Part shown: positions 50,448-62,239 of the stretch, one piece after another
How the letters are laid out: each line of letters opens with the position of its first letter
How positions within the stretch are numbered: the stretch's first letter is position 1
Assembly (NCBI GenBank): GCA_038496445.1
Contig: JALMLS010000299.1
Coordinates: forward strand, 124,001-188,000
DNA: 64,000 bases
From: Trichosphaerium sp. ATCC 40318
Lineage: Eukaryota > Protista > Tubulinea
Direction of reading: 5' to 3'
Translations under genes and position numbers: made by a program
Notes under the pieces: model-generated
What the model was told of the DNA's origin: nothing
What the model saw: only the letters and a program-made list of their open reading frames with translations
The model's database searches: none

Positions 50448-51920
50448 ATGAGCACGTTCGGAACAGCGTTTAAGATCACTACTTTTGGTGAAAGCCATGG
50501 CACAGGTATACATGCCTTAGCACGCCTGCTGAGTGTTAAACCATCGTAGGTGTTGGCGTAATAATTGATGGTGTACCACCATTAATGAAACTGAGCGCTG
50601 AGGACATACAGCCACAACTTACGCGTAGGAGACCAGGTCAGAGCGAGTGGACGACCCCCGTAAGAACCTTTAACGTATTTCTGTTCAACTCACATCAATA
50701 GCGAAACGAGGCCGATAAGGTTACCATACAGTCCGGTACAGAGAATGGCATAACTTTGGGAACACCACTCAGTTTGTATGTAAAAAACAATGATTTTAGA
50801 CCTACTGACTACTCAGGTACGTAAATTGTTCTGAATACGCGTACTAAGCGATAATTGTAGACATGTCAGCAGTACCAAGGCCATCACATGCGGATTTTAC
50901 TTATGTAGCGAAATATCAAATTAAGGCGTCCTCTGGTGGCGGTAGGTCGTCTGCACGCGAAACAATAGGTACGAAATCAAGTGTCAACTTTGTTTTGAAG
51001 TCTAAGAATGACGTTAGGTCGCGTTGCTAGCGGTGCTGTAGCTGAAAAATGGCTCAAGGAAAAGTTTGGTATTGAAATAGTAGCGTGGGTATCTGGTGTT
51101 GGCCCTATTGAATCAAAAAAAGTTGATGGTGCCACAATAACTCGCGCCGAGGTCGATGAATCCAAATTACGTTGTCCAGACAAAGAAGCAACAATAAAAA
51201 TGATGGAGGTAAAATTTGATTAAGATACTCTTTTGCTTACGCTTGTAGGTCGTTAAAGCGTGTAAAGACGAGAGTGACTCTACTGGTGGCGTTGTAGAGT
51301 GCATTTGTAGGAATGTACCAGCTGGCTGGGGCGAGCCTTGTTTCGATAAACTTGAAGCAAAATTGGCACATGCAATGATGTCAATCCCTGCTACAAAAGG
51401 TATTAGAACTACATCCAATTTGTCGACTCAATTACAATAAAGGGTTTGAAATTGGCTCCGGATTTTCTGGCACTAAATTGAGGGGATCTGAGCACAACGA
51501 TCCATTTGTCTTAAAGGATGGTAGATTGGGTACCACAACAAACAACAGTGGCGGCACACAGGTACATAAAGCATTTTCTTCAAAGTGATCACAAACATTA
51601 CGAAATAGGGTGGTATCTCTAATGGTGAAGCAATACATTTCCGCATTGCCTTTAAGCCACCAGCAACAATAGGCAGAGAACAGGTATACAATAATTACAA
51701 GTTTAAATGTCTTACAAGTCTATAGTCTACTTCAGACTTCTCTGGTAATAGCACAAAGTTGGCAGCACGTGGTCGCCATGACCCTTGTGTAGTTCCAAGA
51801 GCTGTTCCTATCGTGGAAGCAATGGCAGCTCTTGTCCTCGCTGATGCAGCACTTTTACAGTTGGCTAGGCAAAGCGCCCACTCACACTACAAGTCTCCAT
51901 TGACTTTTTTGAATAAATAG
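50448..51920 (+). CDS. aroC: Chorismate synthase
   Basis: [53 protein letters not shown]. Confidence 0.96.
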
Positions 51921-51954
51921 ACTATTTTGATTGAAAATAGAAAGCTGTTCTATT

Positions 51955-54671
51955 TTATTGTGGTTTATGTTGAGTTTGTATTATATGGGCATACGCCGCA
52001 TCGACAGATTGTTGTGTTTTCATGAATTCCTGGGCAGGTTAGTATGAAAGACAAATTGATTAAAAAACTAGTGTCTAGAGACACTATGTAGCTCACCTGT
52101 AAATGTAATTCAATGTTTTGATCCGATCCGTCATTATTTTGAAGAGCTTGCTTTAGAGCCGTAAGTGTGTTGATCTCTTTTGTGACTTTAGTCAACATGT
52201 TTTTGTATCGCTGAACTAGTTGTGGTTCTTGAGGATTAAAGTGAACCACAAACCCAGATGGCATTTTGTTTAGTATACGTCCAGCAACAGCCCAGACGTC
52301 CCTAGAATGTTGTCCACGAATATTGACTACAATTTGATAACATTGTACATCTACTTCAGCAATAATATGACCGCTTATTAAGATAGTACTATTCTCACTA
52401 ACAAATCTTGTTTTGTTCTTATCTTCACCTGTTAACTTGAATTGCATTTCCAAAATAGCCTCTATAGCCTCCTTGGCAATAGAGATATCATTTCCAGTGG
52501 TGCTCTGTGCAGTTGTCAACCCACTTTGAGGGAGAACAAGAAGCGATATCGTATTTCTGACCAAAATTTCCGCCTCGAGCTTCTCGAGTGGCTGGTTCAG
52601 AGCGCCCAGTGGTATTGTGAGGATCTGTGAAGGCACCCACTCTAATTTGCTAGAACCTAAAAACATCATAAATTTCAGATAGTAGCAAGTGCATTTACCT
52701 TCCACTGTACAAGCCACAAGCACTTCTATCTCCAAGCTGTCAGAAAAAGATTCTCCATTGTATAACTCCATATCAATACAGCAACACACGGATATATTAG
52801 ATTCACTTCTTTGTGATATCGTACATTGAGAATGAAGAAGAGAAGAATCAATGATTGCCACCAAACTAGACACTTGAAGATGTATGTTATCCTTTGAGGA
52901 TACTTCAACTTCTACAATCACGCTTCTACTATGTACCGACCACTTTAATATGCTCACATTAATGACCTTGTCGCTTCCACTCGTAAATTTCTTTCGAGAT
53001 GAATTTTCTCCAATCAAAGGTACTAACCCTGTAGTGCTCCAAGGTTGCACTTGGTGTTGTTGTTTTGTGAGTCTCCTAAGTAATCCTCCAGCCGCGATCT
53101 TTAGTTGCCTTTTTTCTTGTATTGCAGTGGCAACATGATGCAGATCAGAAGCTGATTCTTTTAGTCTCAATAATAAGTTACGTGGCATGTTGTGTTGCTG
53201 GTAATTCTCAGAAATAGTCTTGGCACTGCCCATAGCATCAGTTACAATATCATTTGCTTTCAGCATCTTAGCAGATGAAAATATGGAATCTATTGTAGTC
53301 TCTGAGGTATAATTAAATAGTACAAGTTGTGGGTGTTCAACACAATCCAAAGAAAACCATGAAACACCTGTAATAACTGAAAAGTAAAGTAAGAAGCTAA
53401 CAAAGTGTCTAATTTTTGTACTTTTCAATGGCTGGTATGTTGGCAAGTGAAACAAGTGTAAAGTTTTGTTTGGGTCTTTTAACAGTACGCCGAACAAACC
53501 ACCTCCTCGTAGTATCCATTCGTAGTTACTGGGCATTGTTAGATATTAGTTGATTCATTAAAATGAAAAAGTGCGTACATGAGAAGAGCTGGGTAGTCAA
53601 AATTCAATTTATGTACAACTGACCGGTTTGCAATTATGAATATTGTGTTCATCTTTGTCGCACATATCCACGTTGATGTATTGATAAGAGATATAGATAT
53701 AATCACATGAGCAATTGCTTCTGGGACCTCGTTCCACATTTCTTGTTGCACGCGATTATCCTAGACCACTAAGTTATCTCTGTAGGGTAGGGTGTTGTGA
53801 ATGTATGCTAACCGTTGAAACCGAGAACTGACACAGAGAAGAAACATCATTTTTATCTTTGAATGAAAAGATAGCTATGGCTCTATTTCGAGTGTAATAC
53901 AAACCCAAGAAACTCTGTAGACCACTTGTATCACTAATTTCAGCCACTTTGAAGTTATCTTCACCCTCTATGATTCTCGTAATCATCTACAGTTTTAAGA
54001 AATGCGTTATCTAGCTTGACTTACGTGTGCACAACAAACAGTATTTGATTTTATATCAGTGTATGCAACAACAAAAGATGGTCCTTCGCATACTTTTACA
54101 GCCACGGTTGCTTAGACATTATAAGTGGAAGATTGACGCAGCACTTAAATTACCATGTATTGGTGGAGGAGCTATTGTGCACTCCTGCACGTTCACCACA
54201 GCATCATTGTTAATCAGCCCAATGCTGTATGAACTAAGTACCTATTAGTACGCTGATTCTTTGCAAGATGCACGTGCTTGTTCTTGTTAGTTTTGCTTAG
54301 GACCCACGTGTTACACCTAGAAGCGGTTAGATTATCACTATCGTGACGTTAGTGTACAAGCCTGTCCTTGTGTCATTTTCTTCAGTAAAAGCGAGAATCC
54401 CCTCTAAGAACTCATTGTTAGCTAGTACTTTGGTATATCTAGTGCCTGGAGTGTGAATTGACGATTGCTGTTGCCATTTACTGTTTGCTTTAACGTATTG
54501 ATATAAAATAGCTGTACGCGCTACTTTCGCGTGCGTGGCGTATATTCTACCGTCAGAAATGCGATGCCATTTGAATTGAGCCATAAGTTTTTGAAACACT
54601 CTCTACTCCATACGTGCCAATAATATATTGCCTTCCACAAAGAAACGCCGTCGGCGGTCTAAGTCATACAT
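51955..54671 (-). CDS. FANCB-like protein (propeller, coiled coil, beta-sandwich); 5' exons uncertain
   Basis: Coiled coil LKESASDLHHVATAIQEKRQL followed by GLVPLIGE, then WSVHSRSVIVEV and terminal QQSVDAAY; order and motifs recall vertebrate FANCB (comparison from memory). Confidence 0.5.
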
Positions 54672-54713
54672 TGCTTAGTGTGAATTTCACCAAACGGCAA
54701 AACAATAACTCCC

Positions 54714-56022
54714 ATGAGAGCTGTTGAAGTATTTGTAGCCCTCACTGCTTTACTGTGTATCGCTAGTACCTATGCTGAGCCTACACCTATCGTAATGTGG
54801 CATGGAGTACGTTAGTTTAATCAAATATGTAAAAATAACGATGAATATAGATGGGCGATACGTGTTGCTACTCATTCAGGTATTTGGAACATTCTTTACG
54901 AGTAGAAATTCTGTTGTTAACTCCAATAGTATGGGCGCTATGAAAAAGTCACTAGAAGCCGCTATTCCAGGAGTTTACGTCCGTAGCTTAATGATTGGTA
55001 CGGAAAAGTTGACGGTTCGTGTGCTTACGTGTGTAGGGGACGATATTGAAGAAGATGAAGCCGCTGGTTTTGCTGGAGATGTCAACAAACAAGTACTCAC
55101 CCGTTAACTTACCCAATTCTAACAATTATAAGGTTGATCTTGTTTGTGCACGTTTAAAGAATGACACAAACCTTCGTGGTAAATCTATCAATGCCATGGG
55201 CTTTTCTCAGGTATTGGTTACCATAGCGCTTCCCCATTAACCAGCATAGGGTGGTCAATTCTTACGCGCCTACGTACAAAGATGTAACGACCCTCCAGTC
55301 GCTAATTTAATTTCAATTGGTGGTCAGCACCAGGTACAAGCGTTTACAGTGATCTACAGTGCTTAACAGTTTTTGATAGGGTGTATTTGGATTTCCTAAA
55401 TGTCCGGGAAAAGAAACCGTTTGTAACTGGGTGAGAGAACTCTTAGACTTAGGTGCATACATTAGCTATGTCCAAGAGAGCGTTGTACAAGCACAATACT
55501 GGCAGGTATGTACACGTGTCGCTTCGGAACATGTCTAATTTTCTTCCAGGATCCGTATGAGCCAGAAGAATACATCAAATCATCTCGCTTCTTGTCTGAT
55601 ATTAATAACCAAAAGGCAACCAAGAACCCACTTTACAAAAAGAACTTAATGTCATTGAACAACTTCGTTATGGTAAAGTTCACTGAGGATACCATGGTTC
55701 AACCTAAGGAGTCTGAGTGGTTCGGATTTTACAAAGATCATGATCCTTCCACTATCATTCCTCTACGCGACTCAGCCTTGTACAAAGAGGTACGCTAAAA
55801 TTAAACATAAAGGGTTTTGTTGTAATTTATCCCAAAAAGGACTGGTTGGGCTTGCGTGCAATGGACGAGCAAAAGAAATTAACTTTTCTGGAAGTTGTTG
55901 GTGATCATCTTAGATTTAGTACGTCTTTTATAAAACCTCACTACCACTTGGCGCTATTACTAATGGTTTTCTAAGACGAAACTTGGTTTATGGACCGTAT
56001 CGTTACACCTTACCTCAAGTAA
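54714..56022 (+). CDS. PPT1: Palmitoyl-protein thioesterase 1 (lysosomal)
   Basis: Signal peptide; WHG|MGDTCC, GFSQ|GGQFLR, GGQHQ|[33 protein letters not shown]. Confidence 0.95.
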
Positions 56023-56123
56023 AGGGTCACAAACTGTTATGCTAAACTAGTAATACTAAAAACTGTTTCAAAATACGTTACAATAAAGTATTGCGAAAGG
56101 GCTTTTAATCGATTGATAGTAAT

Positions 56124-58238
56124 CTACAACTGTGCAAATTTCTTCATTGCTTGTCTCACACCAAGATCAAGCATAATTTCTACACATTCATTAGTACTAG
56201 CAACGCGCAATCTATACATCACGCACCTTCTGAACCAGCTGGAATAGCGAGAGCGCGAACTTCACGGTACAAGCGCTCAATCTTTTCTCCTTGACCACCA
56301 CGGGTGTAAGCAAGACCTATGCAATGTAAATATCGACACTTCAAAATCATTTTAGTGACACTTCTTACCTCCAAAAATTTGTGCGGCTTCACGTGCGCAA
56401 AATTCCATAGTTTGAGTTGCTTGGGCCTTTAGAAGAGCAATTGGGCCACCCAATAATCTGCTAGCTTCCTCGTATGGCAATACAGTGAGTTGGTAAGTGA
56501 CTTGTTCGAGCCAAGCATGTGTTGCTTCAACTTTTCTAATCATGTGTGCTAGTTTGTTTCTAATAACTGGGTGGTCGATGAGACGCTTTCCGAAAGTCTT
56601 ACGCTTGTGCGCATAGTTGATTGAGTCTTCGATACATACACGTGCGAAACGGTTGGCCTGTACAACAGTACCCCATCGCTCATGGTTGAAACTGCAAGCA
56701 TTTGTAAGTAGAAAATATAAAGGCTAGGAGTAGTACTTGGTCATAATGGATTTGAATCCTTCGTTTTCTTTTCCAATCAAGTTAGATACAGGTACACGAA
56801 CATCCTCGAAAGTAACTACGTTCACCATAAATAAAGACCTTTGGTTGTAAGTGTCGTACTGTATGTAGTTCCTGAAGCCCAGACGCCCATACAGTTCATT
56901 TGCTTGCAAGTAACACCAGGCATTGTTTTTTCAATGAGAAGCATAGAAATACCTTTGTTACCAGCTCCACCAGTACGGACAGCAGTTGTGCTACACTAAA
57001 TCAGATGCGAAAACAATTAATACGCGTACAAATAGTCAGCGAATACTCCGTTAGTGATCCATTTTTTAACGCCGTTTACGATGTAGTATTTACCCTAGCA
57101 TAGGAAATGAATACGTTACAATAAGAAATACTCTACTTACACATGGGGTTTTCTTTGCGGTAGTTTTCAAGTTACGAACATCACTTCCCGCCCATGGTTC
57201 TGTGATAGCCAAGCAGATAACTTTTTGTCCGCGTAATACAGCAGGAGCTACTCTTTTTCTCATCTCAGGTGGACCAAAGTGCAATACCGGAGGCAAGCCA
57301 ATCTGGATACCAGCGATGATACTACAAACATTAAGCAACTGACAGGTACAGTAATTCTGTACCCCCATAATACACCACAAGAACCTGTACGTGCAAGTTC
57401 ATCAACAATAATAAGTTCGTGAAAGTAGTCGAAGTCTTCTGGTTTGACACCTCCCAAAATTTCGCGACCAGCATATTCCTTTTGAAAAAAAAAATGTCAC
57501 TTCGTGGGTATTACTCGCAATCACGTACAGTAGCCCATTTGCCTCCACATACACCAGGAAGCCATGAACCACATTTTGCATGTAATCCCTCAGGTAGTGT
57601 TTTGGCCTCGTCCCATTCGTGGGTGTAAGGTCTATAACATATTAAGTTTTTTTCTTTTTTGGTTGAGTGTTATGACACCTACATGATCTCTTCATCAACA
57701 AATTTGCGCATTGCGGCACGCATTTGTCTGTGGGAATCATTGTAGTATGTGCTGTTCCAGCCCTGATACCAATTTGGATCACCATAAGGTGTCAACTCGC
57801 CTGTAAAAATAGTTGGCTGTGAACTTCGGTTTGTGTTTTTCGTACCAAATGTTGCGCCTTTAGAGCCGACAGTAGAAGGCCCTGCTGATGGTTTGGATCC
57901 AATAACACCAATACATAAGCGTTTACCGTATTTTTGTAGTACCGATCGTACATTGTGAAACCTATTTTTTGTTTTTGTTAGAATTGTGCCAATAACCAAA
58001 GTAACGCTCGTACATTTCGAATTGCTTCGTGGCGTCCTTACCAGCGAGTTTTAGAACTACATTCTTACCACCTGGATGTTCTGCCAAAAAGCTATTGTAT
58101 TGTAAGCTATGGAGGGCAGGGACAGTGGGAAAATCTCCAATACCCAGTAACATCATAAACCTTTCCTGAGATGATAATCCAAGCGTCAGTGGCTTTGTTA
58201 TGAGCAGCAACTTGCTCCACAGTGTAAACCGTTGTCAT
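56124..58238 (-). CDS. Acyl-CoA dehydrogenase with N-terminal cytochrome b5-like domain
   Basis: GKVYDVT..FLAEHPGG..AGKDATKQF; CLAITEPWAGSDV; FNHERW; EAAQIFGG; AIPAGSE; ends AQL*. Confidence 0.92.
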
Positions 58239-58315
58239 GTGGTTGTCTAGCTGAGTTTAAAATGACTTGACATGACTTATTTCGTTTTTTAGTTGTCTTG
58301 CTCTCAAAGTACAAA

Positions 58316-58895
58316 ATGGCAGAAAGTAGCGATGAATCAGACCCTTTTGATCGTTTACTTAACATAGAAAGCGAATTCCAACAAGAAGGCTTTGTTGAAG
58401 GTGAGAAATGGGGTAAAGATGAAGGTTTGCGTCAGGGTACGTAAAGACTTGCGCTCATTGTATTTACGGTAGCGTAGGAGACGAATTAGGCTATGCAGCA
58501 GGATTTGACATGGGAGAGGAGGTGGGGTACTACAGAGGCACTATCGAAGGTAATAACCTGTTATGCTTGATGTAATTCTATTCAGAACTAAATTCTCTCG
58601 CTACACAGTTCCCTGATCGCTTCTCTGCACGGTACGCATATTCTATAAGTAAATCTAACTTGTGTAGAGCAATAAAAACAATCACGAAGCTCGCCACAAC
58701 CATAAAACCCGATCCGGAAAAAGATTTAAACTCAAGCACAGTGGCTGAGTTAGAAGCATTCAGAAAGGCATTTAAATTACTACAAGCTCAAGTTCCTTTC
58801 CTACAAAAGTCACCTTATGCACCAACGTACGGTACTCTTTAAACATTAATTGCTAACAAATTGTAATTAGTGAAAAACCAAAGTTGGATTTTTGA
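58316..58895 (+). CDS. LTO1: LTO1/ORAOV1 (Yae1-Lto1 Fe-S delivery adaptor)
   Basis: Deca-GX3 motif GFVEGEKWGKDEGLRQGDELGYAAGFDMGEEVGYYRG; C-terminal LDF CIA-targeting tripeptide. Confidence 0.85.
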
Positions 58896-59051
58896 TCCAC
58901 ATGCTCTTCAAACACCTGGCAAAACGTTTGTGTAACTTGTAACATACGAAAGAAAAATGGCCAAATAAAATACAATTTCTGGCAACCTGTCAAAATGTGC
59001 CATGTGTCAAACTATTTTCAATGAAGTTCTTTCACCACACATTGTTTTATC

Positions 59052-60923
59052 ATGACAACGGCTCTTAAAAAGACTGAAACTGTGTGCATTAAGGCGACCA
59101 CCCTTGAAAGGTATTACGAACACCTTTACACGGCTAACAAATTAAAGTTATACTTGTTCAGTACCATTGGACCATTCCACTCCAGAAGGGCCTCAAATAG
59201 AGATATTTGTGCGTATAGTATCGCAAAAAGGTAAAGAAGGATTAAAACAGCCATACCTAGTGAAGTTACAGGTAACAATTACTTGTGTGTCGTATTTTAC
59301 TAATATAGCATTTAGGGAGGGCCTGGATACGAATGTAGTCGCCCAAGGTAAGCGAAAAGATTGTAATTGTAAATGAAGTATTTGTAGGTCTCAAGGTGGC
59401 TGGATAGGTACTGCCTTGAGCAAAGGCATGAAAGTTGTATTGCTCGATCAACGTGGCACTGGTTTGAGTACGCCTATCACAAACAGGACTATATTGCGTC
59501 ACAAGACTGCTGAGGCACAAGCTGAGTACCTGTCACATTTTAGGTTCGTTAACAGACTTTTTTAAAATTGGCTATTTATACTGTATTAGAGCTCCAGCAA
59601 TCGTAGCCGACTGTGAAATAATAAGGAAGCAATTGGGTGTAGATAAATGGAGTTTACTAGGTAAATATTCAATATTTATCATATTTTTAACGATGCTGTA
59701 GGTCAGTCCTATGGAGGCTTTTGTTGTATTACATACCTGTCCCAAGCGCCATCTAGGTACATAGCTTGATAATTAATATTGTTTTAATGTCATTAGCTTG
59801 GCTGCTGTGTACATGACAGGTGGATTAGCACCTCTCAGTGAGGATCCAGATGATGGTAACTAATAATTCTGTTCTTTGGTTGTTGAGTATTTTTGTAGTG
59901 TATACGCGTCTTTACAAAAGAGTTCTTTGGTACAACGAGAGATTTAATGAGGCTTACCCAAATGACGCTGCTAAAGTTCGAAGCATTGTTGACTACTTAC
60001 AAGCCAACAAAGTAACGTAAGTAATCTAGAAAAGGTTCCTCTTTCTAACTGTTTCTCACAGCTTGCCTGGAGGTGGTACGTTGACTGTGCGCCGGTTCCA
60101 AGCTTTGGGGTTAGGTTTCGGCTTCGGTTTTGAATCAATGCATTACTTGCTTGAGCATGCATTCGACGAAGGTACAACGTATTGTTGTTCAAGTAGAGAA
60201 CATAGCGTGACAACGATTTAGGTCCTGATGGCAAGGAACTTGGTTTGAAATTTTTAAGGACCGTTGAAAATAGGACACATTATACCACCAATCCTCTATA
60301 TGCAGTATTACATGAGTCCATATACTGTCAAGGCAAAGCATCAAACTGGAGCGCTGAACGAGTCAGAAAACAATATCCTCAATTTTCCGTTACCAAAGAC
60401 GCACCAGGTAATTTTTTTTAAATTTGCTTGTACTTCGGGGCTCACTCTTATTTTGTGAAGTTTACTTTACTGGTGAGATGATTTACCCATGGTACTTTGA
60501 TGATTTCGAAGAGCTTCAACCATTCAAAGAGGCTGCTAATATCATTGTACACTTATTTAATTTGTGTCCAACTAAATGGAGAGTAGGCCAGCAAAAGTGA
60601 TTGGCCAAAGCTCTATGATAAGGAAGTTCTCAAGACGAACACCGTGCCTGTAGCTGGTACTGATATTTCCCTATTTATAGCACTAAAGTTTGTAGCTATC
60701 GCGTACTTCAAGGATATGTATGTAGATTTTGATTTATCAATGGAAACAGCAGAAGCTATACAAAACTGCAGGATTTGGGTCACCAATGGTTACTTACATA
60801 ATGGTCTTGGGTACGAACGCTTCTTTTTACCATATGTACCTACTGACATTGTTAAGCGTTGCTGGTGCTAAAATATTAACACGACTCATGGGTCTTCAGA
60901 ATGATGTACTTAGTAAAGTGTAG
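59052..60923 (+). CDS. Proline iminopeptidase (peptidase S33, Pap type), many short exons
   Basis: VPLDHS, LQGGPG, LLDQRGTGLSTP, GQSYGG, NPLYAVLHESIY, FTGEMIYPW, DMYVD, HNGL; ends SKV*. Confidence 0.92.
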
Positions 60924-61026
60924 ATAGCACTCTAACAAGTACTCACTAACAAATGCTCAATAAATTCTGCATGTGTCAACTGTTGCATTTACTCAGTCAT
61001 TTCGTGACACATTATTGCGAGTTTTT

Positions 61027-62132
61027 CTAATACTCAGGTACATAGCGAGGATAGGTCTTCTTGGCAGCTCTGGCTTCTTGCAAATCAATCTCAACAGTCA
61101 TGATTGGAGCTTTTGGATCGGTAACTGCAATGGTCTCACCTGCTGGTGTGCTAATGTAGCCCTACAAGTTTTTAGTCGGCTGGTTCGCTAAGACATGAAT
61201 CTTTACCTTGCCACAGAACCATTTATCATCATGTACATGATTGGAAGATAGACAAAAAGCTCCACCACATACAGCGGAAATTGACCCTAAAAAAGTAATA
61301 AGTTACCACGATAGTGGCGCTAGCTTAATACCTCCTTTGATCCATTTTGCGGCTCCAGCAACCTTTAAACAAAAACCGTCAGTGGGTACTATTAATTTGA
61401 AAATTTGTACCTGAGTTGCGCGTGGACAAAACAATATTTCCATGCCCTTTTTTCCAAGCAATCTAGCGTGTTCGATAAACCAAATGTCTGCAATTAATCA
61501 GTACTTAGAGTTAAATGTACAACTGTAACTTGCCAGTGCATATTTGAATTCCGATAACAACGTCACCTTTACCAGGGATGGTAACAGTTGCAGGTTCAAA
61601 AGTTGGAGTAGCATTTCTCTCGTACCAAGTAGACTCCCAATAACCTTCGTGGTTAGGCAAGTAGCACTTAGTGTGAATGTCACGGAATGAGCCGCCTTGC
61701 CAAACGAAACCTAAGTTATGGTTTTTACCGTTTACAACGGCTGGTCTTGATGAAACGACTACTGGGACGCCAAGTCTAACGTGTGTGAGCGTCACGGGTA
61801 GAAAATGAATTCGTACTCGCCAAGCCTGCCAATCCATTCCTCATGTGCTTTCTACGCGTGTAAATAATACGTTTAGTGCGTCTCTGTACGTACCACGGCT
61901 TTTTCCCACTCGCTTTGGTCCTTTTTCTCTAAAGCAGCCAACCACTTGTAAAAAGGCATTTCTAATAGTACTATTATAAAACAACGCTAGACGTAGCACT
62001 CATACCAGGGAACAGGAGGATATCTGGTTTCTCAACTGCAGCGTGCTGTTTCAAGCTTTTCCATGAAGCTGCAAGCTCTTCTTCAGTTCGTAAACGTAAT
62101 TCGCAAACGCAGACCTTTACTTTAGTTGCCAT
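61027..62132 (-). CDS. Carbon-nitrogen hydrolase (nitrilase superfamily amidase)
   Basis: E-K-C triad: LLFP|EMPF, HTKCYLP..EGYWE, IQICT|DIWF; ends KKTYPRYVPEY*. Confidence 0.88.
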
Positions 62133-62239
62133 TGACAAAAGTTCCAAAACAAGTGAGTGTTAAGGTAGTACAACAGTTTCTTAACTGCACAACAGCACTT
62201 TAGGCCTACCTACTAGGCTTCCAATGGTGCCATAGTTTA

